A stretch of DNA of 61,449 nucleotides, filler included, from Chiloscyllium plagiosum (taxonomy: Eukaryota), in the NCBI RefSeq assembly GCF_004010195.1. It is 4 parts of one record of this genome, joined end to end, with 100 filler letters (N's around TTAATTAATTAA, not from the genome) between each part and the next. Parts side by side here need not be neighbours in the genome. Positions count along the whole stretch, not along the records: positions 19,511 to 47,041 come from NC_057713.1; 3 more parts are not named here. One strand, 5' to 3'. Shown here piece by piece: positions 24,466-37,463 of the stretch (its first letter is position 1; every line of letters starts with the position of its first letter). The translations under genes were made by a program, and so were the position numbers. The notes under the pieces were generated by a model. It searched no databases. It was not told the origin of the DNA and saw nothing but the letters and a program-made list of their open reading frames with translations.

Positions 24466-25253
24466 GTTTACTCCACATTGGTTTCAAGAATCTTGCCTTA
24501 ACCTATGTGGTCAGGTGATTGCTGTGACAACTTTATGTCAGTGTTTTAATCCTCTTCTTAATAACATTTCGGTCCATGGATATTAAAAACAAATAACAAA
24601 TTTCAAAAAGCAATGGTCAATATTTTATCTTCATCAAATATTACTTTCAACTTCATTCTTTCTATATATTTAGCAAGTCTTTTTTCTTGTTTGATATTGG
24701 CTGTGATGTAATTTTTTCCCAACTTAATAAATCATTAAAAAAAATCAGGAATGTGTGAATTTGAACTGCACAATTTCTGAGAATTATTTCATTCACAGTA
24801 ACACAAAAATAGGAACCAATCACACTGTACCCATCATAATAATGCTGGTATAGCAGCCAACAAGCTGCTCCACCAGCAAACTTGTTAAAAAAATCTTAAT
24901 CTAGCCTTAATTCATGTTGGAGGCAAATCACTGTCGGGCAAGTGAGTAAAAGCCAATTTAACAATAAGGTCTTACGATTTGTGATAAGTTCAGTAAGATG
25001 TAAGTCCCTTTATGATTGGGGAATAATAGACTCTAAACGTACCAAGTGGGTGAAAAGCATAACAGTGACGCCAAAGTAAACCTTTATTCAACAATTCAGT
25101 GGAAGTCTTTGAAGACTTGAAAGAAATTGCATGGCATAAAGAAAAGCACAAGGTTAAGCTGCTGATACTAATGCAAGATAAAAATATTAGGGAAAATAAA
25201 GAAGAGGGAACACCTTTCATAACGCTTATATACCCCAACAAAGTGCTAATGAA

Positions 25254-25478
25254 AAACCGAAAGAACTATGGATGCCGGAAATCAGAAATGAAAGCATAAA
25301 TTGCTGGAAAAGCTCAGAAGGACTGGCAGCATCTGTGGAGAGAAATCAGCGTTAACATTTCAGATTCAGTGACCCTTCTTCAGAACTCTGAAGAAGGATC
25401 ACTGGATCTGAAATGTTAACTCTAACTTCCCTCCACTGATGCTGCCAGACCTACTGAGGTTTTCCAGCAATTTCTCTT
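25254..25478. mobile_element. Fold-back PLE-derived insertion (family 2)
   Basis: inverted arms 25298-25473 centred on ttcttcaga-ac-tctgaagaa; TSD aaagtgctaatgaa/aaagtacttatgaa (12/14). Confidence 0.85.
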
Positions 25479-25987
25479 AAAGTACTTATGAAGTTTAATT
25501 ACAGTTGTAGTATAAGAAGCTTGGCAACTAATTTGCACTTAGTCTACATCAGGAATGATACAAATGACCAGACATCTTGTTTTCTTGAGGTTTAACTCAA
25601 TTCATTAAAGATTATATTTAGAGATGATGTGGTGTCATTGCAGGAAGAGGATGAATCTGAAGAAACATTGGATTGATTGGGTTGGATGAAGTAATTGCAG
25701 TTAAAATAGCAGAATGGTGAATGTACAAAGCAGAGTGAGGCCATAAAATTGAGGATAAAGATTCGGGTCAGGGAAGTTCTTGTAATGTTTCTCAGGACCG
25801 CACTACATTCATGCACTTGCCATTTTGCTGCTGTGATTAACCTAGCGTTTTCCTCATCCTTCACAAGTAGATTGTACCAGTAAGCTGATGTTCATTGTTC
25901 ATCATGTTTGTTTTAAATACAATAGATCATTTATAAAGCAACCTGCACATTCAGAATGGTGAGGGAGAACTGTGGACGTGTTCTATG

Positions 25988-26368
25988 TTAGCTGTGGCTC
26001 TATTGCTGGCCTTTCAGTAAGACAATTGTGGGTTCATGCCCTGTTCCAGGGCCAATGTATAAAATAAACTGAAGGCTACCACTCCAGTATTGAAGTGTAC
26101 TGCACTGCTGGAGGTGTCATCTTTCAGCTGCTTTGGTGGATGTCAAATATTCTGAAGCCCGACAGGGGAATTGTCCTCAGTTTCCTCCTGGCCAATATTT
26201 ATCCCTGAATCAATATCACAAAAGTAGGTGATCTGGTTGTGGAAATTTCCAGTACTTCTCCATTTCCTACGTGATAAAAGTGACTACGCTTTAGAAGTAC
26301 TTTACTAGGCTCTTTGAGACACTTAATGATCATGAAAGGTGCTACGTAAATGAAAGCCTTTCTTTCTA
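25988..26368 (+). mobile_element. Deu-domain SINE (SacSINE1/AmnSINE1-related)
   Basis: tcctggccaatatttatccctgaatcaatatcac...atctggtt, atttcctac...gtgactac, and L2-like tail tgaaaggtgctacgtaaatgaaag. Confidence 0.65.
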
Positions 26369-26495
26369 CTGGAATCACCAGCATTCCCAGATCAGCACAA
26401 TATTTTACACTTTCGTGCTAACTTCCCATCTGATTGACAGGCTGACTGGCTGCTTGTTATTTGAGAAAATGTTTGTGGCACCAAGATATAATTGT

Positions 26496-26811
26496 GGGCG
26501 GCACGGTGGCACAGTGGTTAGCACTGTTGCCTCACAGTGCCAGAGACCCAGGTTCAATTCCTGCCTCAGGCGACTGACTGTGTAGAGTTTGCACGTTCAC
26601 CCCGTGTCTGCGTGGGTTTCCTCCAGTTGCTCCGGTTTCCTCCCACAGTCCAAAGGTGTGCAGGTCAGGTGAATTGGCCATGCTAAATTGCCTGTAGTGT
26701 TAGGTAAGGGGTAAATGTAGGGGTATGGGTGGGTTGCGCTTCGGCGGGGCGGTGTGGACTTGTTGGGCCGAAGGGCCTGTTTCCACACTGTAAGTAATCT
26801 AATCTAATCTA
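26496..26811 (+). mobile_element. HE1-type V-SINE, full length
   Basis: near-identical to 4223-4548. Confidence 0.95.
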
Positions 26812-27099
26812 AAAAAGCAAATAGCGATAGAGAGGCAGCGCGAGATCCTAACTTTGGGCATCTTGCATAGTTAGAGAGGTCTACTGGTGTTTGGTGAAGC
26901 TGGCAAGATGGTGAACAGGGTTTTAGATAGGTTGGAATGATGGCCAGGGAGTGGGCTGATGATTGATTGTGGAACAAGGTCCTGTGAGCCAAGATAGTGA
27001 TTGGAGTCCAGAGAGGCAGGACTGGTATTCTGAGGATGGAAATCACCAGGGGTGGAGTGATCAATCATGAAATTGGAAGTATTGTGTCACCATATTGTT

Positions 27100-27308
27100 A
27101 CCAACCATAGAGCTGCTTTCTCATTAGAGAGAGGTGACTGGTGATGACTTAACCTGAGGTCCACCAGACCACAGGCAAGGGAAGAGGCATTGAGAAGGAG
27201 AGTCCTTCATATTAACCTCAAACTGGTGATGCAAATTGAACCCACACTGTTGGCATCACACTGCTCTGCAAACCAACAATCCAGCCAACTGAGTTGAACT
27301 GATTCCCG
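27100..27308 (-). mobile_element. tRNA-derived SINE (third family)
   Basis: minus strand A-box-like ctcagttggctgg and B-box gtgggttcaatt. Confidence 0.5.
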
Positions 27309-28721
27309 GAGTTGGAAGTAGACAAGCTACTTTAACTGGGAGAAAATGTTCTTATACTCTTGGCTCAGTGCTGTACTGTCTTGGCTCAGAGCTGTACTGT
27401 AAAGGTACAAACCTGGCAGATTTAGCCCATCTTGCACCAAGGACAAGAAAACCCAACCAAAACTGGTTAGAAATAAAAGCCCGTAAAATCAGAGCATACA
27501 ATCCTCTAAAAATATATTAATGACAGACTAATCTACCTCTTGAGAGTCAATGGGTTACCAAATACCCCTCCCATATCTACTAAAACTGGGAATAGGTGGA
27601 TTCAGGGTGGGTTAGGATCAGGCTTGAAAAATTGAAAACGTTAGGTTGCCACCCAATGTAAGCATAAATCACTCTGATTCACATTGTGCAGAATGAAATG
27701 CTAAATCACTAAGACCAAGCAACGATGACAGCTTTCCTTCTTTCCATGAAAGACATTAACTAATCAGTGAGAATTTTAGATCAGCATTCATGATCATATT
27801 TATTGATATTAGCTTACAGGTTTCTAGATTTAAAACAAAAATCCCAGTCGATAAGTTGCTGTATAAGATGTGGATTATGATTTGCTTTAATGCTTCTCAG
27901 TTCAGGGTGGCCCTGTCATAATGTTTCTTCCATTTGTCTATGTTAAAGCGTATTATGAAATGTAAAATTGAGATCTTTCTAGTTAAATTGATACAAATTA
28001 ATGAGTTGATGTGTAGCTCAAGGCATTGTTGGAGCATGTATTGTCTTGAAAGTTAATCTGCTCAGCTGCCAAATTGATATGAATAATTTACTATACTTTC
28101 TGAAATAGCTTTGAAAAATTCAATAAATGTTACTTTAAAAAATATATTCACGTCAGTATACTCTTTGGATATATAAATGTTGTTATCATATTTGACCTGT
28201 TTAAAATTACTGTAGTTAAAAAGCACTTTGTTAGATCATATAACACTTTTATAGAAACTCAGTTTTAAAAGGGGCAATTTTAGTGTAACTTAGCTCAGTA
28301 TCATTTAACTCCCAGATGTCAGTCAAAGACTGTCAACTGACTTTCAACTATTTTGAGGCTGGAAATTAAGAGGAGCACAAATTTACACAAAAAACACAGA
28401 ATTCCATGGGATCAGTTGAAAGGGAGTACCACAGGGATCCTCAGGATAAAAGAAAGGTCTGAGATTTCCTTGTGAAACCTTCAGAAGCATCTATATTCCT
28501 TAAACTCCCTTGAGATAATGCTAATAATGTATGTTTTGTGGTCTCCTCTACTTTGATCTTGATCTGCATTGTGGTAGACCTAATGTTTCATTATTAGTAA
28601 ACATTGCAGTTGGGTCTCTGGCATCCAAACAACATTGGGACCCAGCATTACATTTTTGGAATGTGGTTGTCTTGATCATGGTCACCATTTTTTTTGTCAC
28701 CTCTAAGTAGCAATAGTAAGT

Positions 28722-31061
28722 ATCAATAGACAATAGGTGCAGGAGTAGGCCATTCTGCCCTTCGAGCCAGCACCACCATTCATTATGATCATGGCTGATC
28801 ACCCTCAATCAGTATCCTGTTCCTATCTTATCCCCATAACCCTTGATTCCACTATCCTTAAGAGCTCTATCCAACTCTTTCTTGAAAGTATCCAGAGACA
28901 TGGCCTCCACAGCCTTCTGGGGCACAGCATTTCACACACCCACCACTCTCTGTTCTAAGTGGCCTACCCCTTATTTTTAAACTGTGTCCTCTGGTTCGGG
29001 ACTCACCCATCAGCGGAAACGTGTCCAATCCTTTAATAATCTTATACGTCTCAATCAGATCCCCTCTCAGCCTTCTAAACTCAAGCGTATACAAGCCCAG
29101 TCACTCCAATCTTTCAGCTTAAGATAGTCCCGCCATTCCAGGAATTGACGTCATGAACCTACGCTGCACTCCCTCAATAGCCAGAATGTCTTTCCTCAAA
29201 TTTGGAGACCAAAACTGCGCACAATGTTCCAGGTGCTATCTCACCAGAGCCCTGTGCAGCTGCGGAAGGACCTCTTTGCTTCTATACTCAGTTCCTCTTG
29301 TTATGAAGGGCCAGCATGCTATTAGCTTTCTTCACTGCCTGCTGTGCCTGCATGCTTGCTTTCATTGACTGATGTACAAGAACAGCTAGATCTTGTTGTA
29401 CTGCCCCTTTACCTAACTTGATTCCATTTAGGTAGTAATCTGCCTGCCTGTTCTTACCACCAAAGTGGATAACCACACATTTTTCCACATTAAACATCTG
29501 CCATTCATCCGTCCACTCACCTAGCCTGTCCAGGTCACCCTGTATTCTCCTAACATCCTCCTCACATTTCACCCTGCCACCCAGCTTTGTGTCATCAGCA
29601 AATTTGCTAATATTACTTTTAATACCTTCATCTATATCATTAATGTACATTGTAAAAATCCGCGGTTCCAGCATTGATCCCTGCGGCACAATACTGGTCA
29701 CTATCTACCATTCCAAAGGGAGCCGTTTATCACTACTCTTTGTTTCCTGACATCCAACCAATTTTCAATCCATGTCAGTATTTTGTCCCTAATACCATGT
29801 GCCCTAATTTTGCTCACTAACCTCCTTTATGGGACTTTATCAAAGGCTTTCTGAAAGTCCAGGTATACTACATCCACTGGATCTCCCTTGTCCATCTTCA
29901 GAGTTACATCCTCAAAACATTCCAGAAGATTAGTCAAGCATGATTTCCCCTTCATAAGTCCATGCTGACTCTGACCTATCCTGTTACTGCTATCCAGATG
30001 TGTCGTAATTTCATCCTTTATAATTGACTCCAGCATTTTTCCCACCACTGAGGTCAGACTAACTGGTCTATAGTTCTCTGTTTTCTCTCTCCTTCCTTTC
30101 TTAAAAAGTGAGACAACATTAGCCACTCTCCAAACTGCAGGAACTGATCCTGAATCTATAGAACATTGGAAAATGATCACCAATGCATCCACGATTTCTA
30201 GAGCCACCTCCTTCAGTACCCTGGGATGTAGACCATCAGGCCCCGGGACTTATCAGCCTTCAGACCTAACAGTCTCTCCAGCACCATTTCCTGCCTAATA
30301 TAAATTCCCTTCAGTTCAGGTCCTTCAGCCACTATTACATCTGGGAGATTGCTCGTGTCTTCCCCAGTGAAGACAGATCGAAAGTACCAATTGAATTCTT
30401 CTGCCATTTCTTTGTTCCCCATAATAAATTCACCCGTTTCTGTCTTCAAGGGCCCAATTTTAGTCTTAACCATTTTTTTTCTTTTCACCTACCTAAAATA
30501 GCCTTTACTATCCTCCTTTATATTTTTGGCCAGTTTACCTTCGTATCTTATTTTTTCTTTGCTATTTCCTTTTTAGTTATCCTCTGTTATTCTTTAAAAG
30601 CTTCCCAGTCCTCCAATTTCCCACTCATCTTTGCTCTGTTATACTTTTTCCTATTTGTCTTTATATGGTCCTTAACTTTCCTCGTCAGCCACGGCCACCC
30701 TGCCTCCCCTTAGGATCTTTCTTCCTTTTTCGAATGGACTGATTCTGCATCTTCTGCATTATACCCAGAAATACCTGCCATTGTTTGTCCACTGCCTTCC
30801 CTGCTAGGGTATTGCACCATTGAACTTTGGCCAGCTCCTCCCTCATAGCTCCATAGTTCCCCTTATTCAACTGAAATATTGTCACTTCCGATTCTACTCT
30901 CTCACTTTCAAACTGCAGATTAAAGCTTATTGTATTGTGGTCACTACCTCCTAATGGCTCCTTTACTTCGAGGTCCCTGATCAAATCCGATTCGTCGCAC
31001 AACACCAGATCCAGAGTTGCTTTCTCCCTGGTAGGCTCCAGCACAAGCTGTTCTAAGAATC
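28722..31061 (-). mobile_element. CR1 LINE, 5'-truncated ORF2 (APE end, RT, 3' UTR), frameshifted
   Basis: SDHN; ENYRPVSLTSVVGK; YLDFQKAFDKVP; VPQGS; KFADDTKL; RLRGDLIETYKI. Confidence 0.95.
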
Positions 31062-31390
31062 TTGAACCATCAACAACAAAAACAAGTCTATAAATGCCAG
31101 AGCCATGATGGTGTGTGTTTGGGAAATTGGAGATGTTAGTCATTCCATTGAGGAAGTTAAAATGTCACAGAGGGGTCAGTTCCATGTTTTACTTCTCTTT
31201 CAGGGCACTTTGGATTAAAAATCCCACTACCAAAGGATTTACTGCAACAGCAACTGAAAGCCTGTACTCTTTCAATCCACGCATGTGGGTTCCCCCATTC
31301 CACGCAAGTAAGCCTAGACCTTTGTCTTTTCCAGATAGGACTAATAGCCCTGGCCCCAACCCAGTTAACTGCCTCCCTCTCCCATTGTCT

Positions 31391-31517
31391 TACTTCCCCT
31401 CCATATTAGCATAGTTTGTGAATCCCCATTCACTTCCCCTCCAATATTAACATAGGTATGTGAATCCCCCCATTTACCTCTCCTCCATATTAGCATAGGT
31501 ATGTGAGTTCCCCATTT
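31391..31517. repeat. Three tandem 40-44 bp units
   Basis: acttcccctccatattagcatag(g/t)t(a/t)tgtgaatccccatt repeated three times. Confidence 0.85.
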
Positions 31518-31701
31518 GTAGCAGGCAAAACCTTTCTGCCTTAATTTCTTTCCATTAACACATAATCACGGAGATATGATAATCGGTTTCCATAGTCCAT
31601 TCAAACACTATTACAGGGCATCAACATTCATCGGAATTTTAAATTCATAATTACCTACTTTAAATTATGTGATGACAATCATCCATGTGACTGAGAAGTC
31701 T

Positions 31702-31929
31702 TTGTTCAATTCCTATAAAATATACTGTCTCTGGGTGTAAGGTAGAGATTCATGAAGAAGAGTCACTACAAGTCAGGAACTGTAAAACCTGTGCCCACAC
31801 CTCCTCCCTCACCTCCATCCAAGGTCCTAAAGGAGCCTTCCACATCCATCAAGGTTGTTCAATTCCTATAAAATATACTGTCTCTGGGTGTAAGGCAGAG
31901 ATTCATGAAGAAGAGTCACTACAAGTCAG
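31702..31929 (+). mobile_element. 78-bp PLE coding fragment (31777-31854) flanked by a 75-bp direct duplication
   Basis: 31702-31776 equals 31855-31929 with one mismatch; the insert reads NCKTCAHTSSLTSIQGPKGAFHIHQ. Confidence 0.75.
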
Positions 31930-34453
31930 CACTCCGCTACTTTAGAGAATCTCTTGCTGGCTGTCCGATAATAAAGTTACTGCTGTTGTATAGAAAACTT
32001 GTGCCATCCGGATTTGTGGAACAAAGCAAACAGCAACACCATGCTCATGCAGCCCTTTGTCTTTTCAGATGATGTAAGCCACAGGTTAGGTTGTGCTATT
32101 GAAGAACCCTTAGAAAGTTGCTGAATTGCATTTCATGGATGGCACACATTGCAGCCAGCAAGCTCCAGTGATTAAGGAAGTGATTGTTTAAAGTAATGGA
32201 CATTCTGCCGGTCAAGCAGAATGCTTTATGTTGGATGATATCAGGCCTCTTGAATATAGACACAGCTGTATCTATCTGGGATTTTGCTTTGATCCTTAAG
32301 GGTGATGAGGCTTTATGAAGGAAGCTGACAGCCACTCATTATGGAATATCAAGGTTGTAAACTGATCTTAATGACAAGTTTATGCTAAAAGGAACCTACT
32401 TGTTTTGGGAAGCTGTTTATGGGTATAAATCCTAAAAGTCAATTATACCCAGTCCCAAGATGTCCCACTGTCCAGGAAGACTTGAATTTCCCACACATTC
32501 ATCTTTGGATGAGCAGTTGGGGTTAACTTTGTTCCATATATACAGAGCACTTCTCTCAAATGAATGGTTATATTGTATTACTTCAGAATGAAAACCTACC
32601 ATACTCTATGTTAACTTAGAATAATTGCTGTGCTTGGAGTTGCTTCCAATGATGAAGAACAATCCCTTTAGTTTGCTACAAATGGAAGATCAAGAATTCC
32701 AGAAAAATAAATTGTTAATTATAAAAGCTCAGCAGTATAGAACTGATTCAAACTAAATAATGTCATAAAAGCTTCTGTCATTTTGTGCTGTTCACACTGT
32801 GACAGAAACTTACTTTCTACAACCTGAGATGCTTTTGATTTAATGGCACTGTTCCAGAAATCAACTCAACAAATTCACAGCACAATGAGAGGACACTTGT
32901 TAGCAGACAAATACTGAAATGATGTTTGTATAATTTTTTATCCTGATAAAACACATCAAACTCAGGAACCATTTGAGATATTTTCAAAGGCAGGGCACTT
33001 TAACACAATGCCAATCACAATGGGTTGCAGTCAGTATTGGGGTTTTCTTGTTGTAATTTTTTTCTTTTAGTGTGGTGTGATTGCTAAAACATCAGTTAAA
33101 ATGTATTTCATTCCCAGCTCCCTCTTATTTCTGTCCTGTTCTGAAGAAGTGTCATCATAGAATTATTCAGAAGAGTCTTTTTGGCCCATCAAGTCTCTAA
33201 TGCCAAAGATATACTACTCCCTACAGTTTCTCATACTAGGCCCATCGCATTGAATATTATGCCACTTCACATGTTCATCCAATTTTTTTTTAATTTTCAG
33301 GTTTCCCACCTTAACTACCCACCCAGGCATGCATTCTGGGTATCCACTGCCCTTTGGTTGAAAATAATTTTTGTCAAAATCTCTCTAAACTGGTCTCAAA
33401 TCAGACTCCATTCGGACTCAAATGCTTTCTCTGTTTCTCTGTTTACAGATGCTGCCAGACCTTCAGTACTTCTCCATCACTTTTTCCTTATTTACAGTTT
33501 CCAGCATTCCCAATAATTTGCTTTTATTCATTTTTTCATGCTTTGAATTCCCAATCCGAAACTGTGATTGAATAAGATGGTTGGAACTAGGATAAACATA
33601 TTGTAAATAAAGAAATATGACACATTCTGAGCTCTTTATTTTCCTCAAAAGGCCTACAATAAATTCAAAGTGATACTAACTGTTCATTCATTCGATAGAA
33701 AATTGTTTTCAATATTCATACGGTAATGGATGTGGTATTTAATTTGTCGATGTTGAAATCATATTATATAATTTTTGTATTGTAGTTCATTTCTGATTCT
33801 AGAATTACAAAGGATTTACGCATATCAAGCAAGGATAACAAAAGTTAGAGTCAATATATTTACCTTTCAAACGTGTGACAATGACGTCCCTGTTTTACAT
33901 ACTTCCATGATTTTTTGCTGCACTTGATTGCATTGGATGATTCTGCATTCCTGACCTTGTCCTTCCGTTTGTCTTGCGTTTGTGAAATCACTTCAGGAAG
34001 CCATCTTAGCCAAAAAAAATATTTTCATTTAAATAACTGGAATGTGTCTACGATTTGAGAACTTCATGACCTACATTTGTTTCAGCAACATTCAGCTTGC
34101 AGTGGTGTGGTTGCATTCTTCATATTCGTTTCCAGTAAAGTACATTTATCCTATTATTCAGAACTGCAACATTCATGCTGAAATTTAGCAAGTATTGTTC
34201 AAAAACAAATTGCTCAAAATGCTGTGGAAATTAAAATTGACATTGAGTGTGTCCCAGTATTGGTTAAGCAGCTATGCTCAATTGATAGTTATCCTGCTTT
34301 TTAACTGGAAGTTAATTTCTAATACTTGCAAATGAAGAAATATACGATGCAAGTTTAATTCCCATCATACATCAAAAAGGAAAAACAAAACCTGCATTAC
34401 CTGTGTCTCCATGCAATATGCCTTGTCCATGAGATCCAATCACCTCTTTTACA

Positions 34454-34725
34454 TGGCTCAGTGGTTAGCACTGCTGCCTCACAGCACCAGGGTCCCAGGT
34501 TTGATTCCAGCCTCGGGTGACTGTCTGTGTGGAGTTTGCACATTCTCCCCGTGTCTGCGTGGGTTTCCTCCCACAGTCCAACGATGTGCAGGTCAGGTGA
34601 ATTGGCCATGCTAAATTGCCCATTAGTCAGAGGGAAATGGGTCTGGATGGGTTACTCTCCGGAGAGTCGGTGTGGACTGGTTGGGTTAAAGGGCCTCTTT
34701 TCACACTGTAGGGAATCGAATCTAA
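34454..34725 (+). mobile_element. HE1-type V-SINE
   Basis: tRNA head and V-domain. Confidence 0.9.
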
Positions 34726-34991
34726 TAACGGGTCAGGTTAAGAAAATCAGTCTCTCGAAACACTGTAATGTTCAAAGTTGGCATTTAGAATCTGTGAGTT
34801 GGCATTTAGGCATTTTGCACAATCCGAACGTAGATTCCATTCTTAGAACTAAAGTCCTAAAGGTTCCTTAAGTGATGCCTGGCGTTGCTATGTTGATGAT
34901 ACATGGGAGAAGAAGGCATCTGTCATTTGATGAACTTGGCAAGAATTTCGTAGAAATTCCAATGGATGACTCTTAACTGCCTTTGAAAATG

Positions 34992-35119
34992 GAGAAAGTG
35001 AGGTCTGCAGATGCTGGAGATCAAAGTTGAAACTTTATTGCTGGAACAGCACAGCAGGTCAGGCAGCATCCAGGGAACAGGAGATTCGACGTTTCGGGCA
35101 CAGGCCCTTCTTCAGGAAT
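34992..35119 (-). mobile_element. 128-bp PLE-derived insertion with 12-bp TSD
   Basis: cctttgaaaatg at 34980-34991 and 35120-35131. Confidence 0.9.
35084..35119 (-). ncRNA. Minimal type-I hammerhead ribozyme motif (best-preserved copy)
   Basis: AUUC-CUGAAGA-A-GGGC-CUGU-GCCC-GAAA-CG-UC-GAAU: perfect stems I and II, palindromic ACGU in place of helix III. Confidence 0.8.
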
Positions 35120-37463
35120 CCTTTGAAAATGACCCAGCAAGTCATTCAGATACAACTATGCTAGAAAGGAAAAATTGAATGAAAGTGGACAGACCACCTT
35201 GCATCAGACTAGGCACAGGAACTAACAACAGCAAAAATAGCCCTGTCAACCCTGCAAAGCTCTGCTTACTTACATTTGGGGGCTAGTGTCAAAACCGGGA
35301 GAGCTGTCTCACAGACCAGTTAAGCAACAGCCTGACACTGTTATACTCATTGAATTATATCTTACAGATAATGTCCCAGATATCACTATCATCCTCCCTG
35401 GATATGTCCTGACCACCAAAAGGACAGATACAGCAGAGGTGACAGTACAATGGTACTGGGGAGGGAGGGAGTTGCCCTGAGAGCCCTAATCACAAAGTCT
35501 CATGGCATCAGGTCAAACACAGGCAAGTGAACTTCCAACTGATTACCATATATCATCCTCCCTTAGCTGTTGAATCAGTGTTCCTCAATGTTGAACAACC
35601 TTTGGAGGAAGCACCGAGCGTGATACGGATGCAAGATATATACTGGGTGAGAAATTTCAATCAAGAGTGGCTCAGAAACAGCACTATTGATTGAGCTGGA
35701 CAGCTCCTAAAGGACAGAGTTGCTAGACTGGATCTATGCAGGTGATAAGGGAACCAAGAAGAGAGAAAAATAAACCTGGCCTCACACTCATCATTCTTCT
35801 TGCTGCAACTACATTTGTCCATGACAGTATCACTAAGAGTAACCACCCCACAGTTCTTGTGCAGGCAAAGTCCTGCTTTTACACTGATAACTCCTTCCAT
35901 CATGTTGCGTGGCATTAACATTGTGCTAAATGGCATAGACTTTGAACACATCTCGCAGCTCAGGACTGGGCATCCATGAGGAGCTGTGGGCCATCAGCAG
36001 CAACAGAGTTATACTCCAACGCAACCTGCAACATTATGACCTGGCATCCTCCCCCACTCAACCACTCAACTATGACCATGAATCCAGAGGATCAACCCTG
36101 TAAAGTGCAGGAGGACATGCAAAATTAGCTATCAAATTGGTTACCAACTACCAACAAGACTACTTACATGCCAAAGTAACAAGAAAGTAGTGGATCCAAT
36201 AGCTTCCACAACTATTGGATCAGATTTAAGCTCTGCAGTACTACCATATCCAGTTGTGAATAGTGGTGGACAATTAAACAACTCACTGGAGGAGAAGGCT
36301 TCACAAATATCTATCCTCAATGATGGGGGCAGCCCAGTAAATCAGTACAAAAGATAAGGCCAAAGCATTTACAAAAGTTGCCAGGTGGATGATCTGTCTC
36401 AACTTCCTCCAAAGGTCCACAGCATCACATGTAATAGCCTTCAGCAAATTCCATTTACTTTACATGAGACCAAGAAAAAGTGGAAGGCACTGAATAATAC
36501 TAATGCTACACTCTGATGGTATTCTGACAATAGTATACTGAAGACTTGTGCTCCAGAACTTGCTCCCGTCAACCCCAGCACCAATCTGTTCCAATACAAT
36601 TACAATACTGGCATTTACCTGACAATGTTGGAAAATAGCCAAGGTATAACCTGTACACAAAAAGCATAACAAATCCAACCCAGCCGATTACCATCCCATC
36701 AGTCCTCTCAATTAGCAGAAAAATGATGGAAGGTGTCATCAATATTGCTCTCAAGCAGCACCTGCTCAGCACCAATTCACTCTGTGATGACCAGTTTGTG
36801 TTCCACCAGGGCCACTCAGCTCCTGACCTCATTATAGTCTTGGTTTAAATCTTGACAAAAGAGCTGAATTCCAAAGGTGAGACAAGAGTTCTTCCGCTGA
36901 CATCAAGGCTATATTTGACCAAAATGTGGCATCAAGGAGATCTTGCAAAACTAGAATCAAAGAGAATCAAGGGAAAACTGCATTCGTTGGAGTCAGAAAT
37001 GGCACGTAGGAAGATGGTTGTGATTGTTGGAGGTCAGCTATCCCAGCTCCAGGACATTTCTGCAGGAGTTTCTCAGGATAGAGTCCTCAGTCCAACCATC
37101 AATGACTTTTCTTTATTATAACATCACAAATAGAGATGTTTGCAATGATTGCACAATATTCAATATCATTCATGCCTCCTGAGATACCGAAGCAGCCCAT
37201 GTCCAGCAAGGCATGGACAATATCCACACCTGGCTGACAAATGGCAAGGAACCTTTGCACTACACAAGTGCTAGGCAATGACTATATCCAATAAGGTACA
37301 ATCTAACCATTTCCCCTTAACCTTCAATGGCAATACCCCGAATAATTCACTGCTATCAACATACGACAGATTACTATTGACCAGAAACTGAACTGGACTA
37401 GCCATATAAACACAATGTCTACAAGGGCAAGTGAAACACTAAGAATACTATAGCAAACTCTAT

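Noticed and set aside
31391..31517. CRISPR-like array (also considered for 47142-48320)
   Set aside because: Units are directly tandem without unique spacers, there are no cas genes, and the context is vertebrate.
32069..32073. Possible 5-nt micro-exon (ttttcag ATGAT gtaagc)
   Set aside because: Good-looking splice sites but not frame-preserving; such matches are expected by chance in 61 kb.
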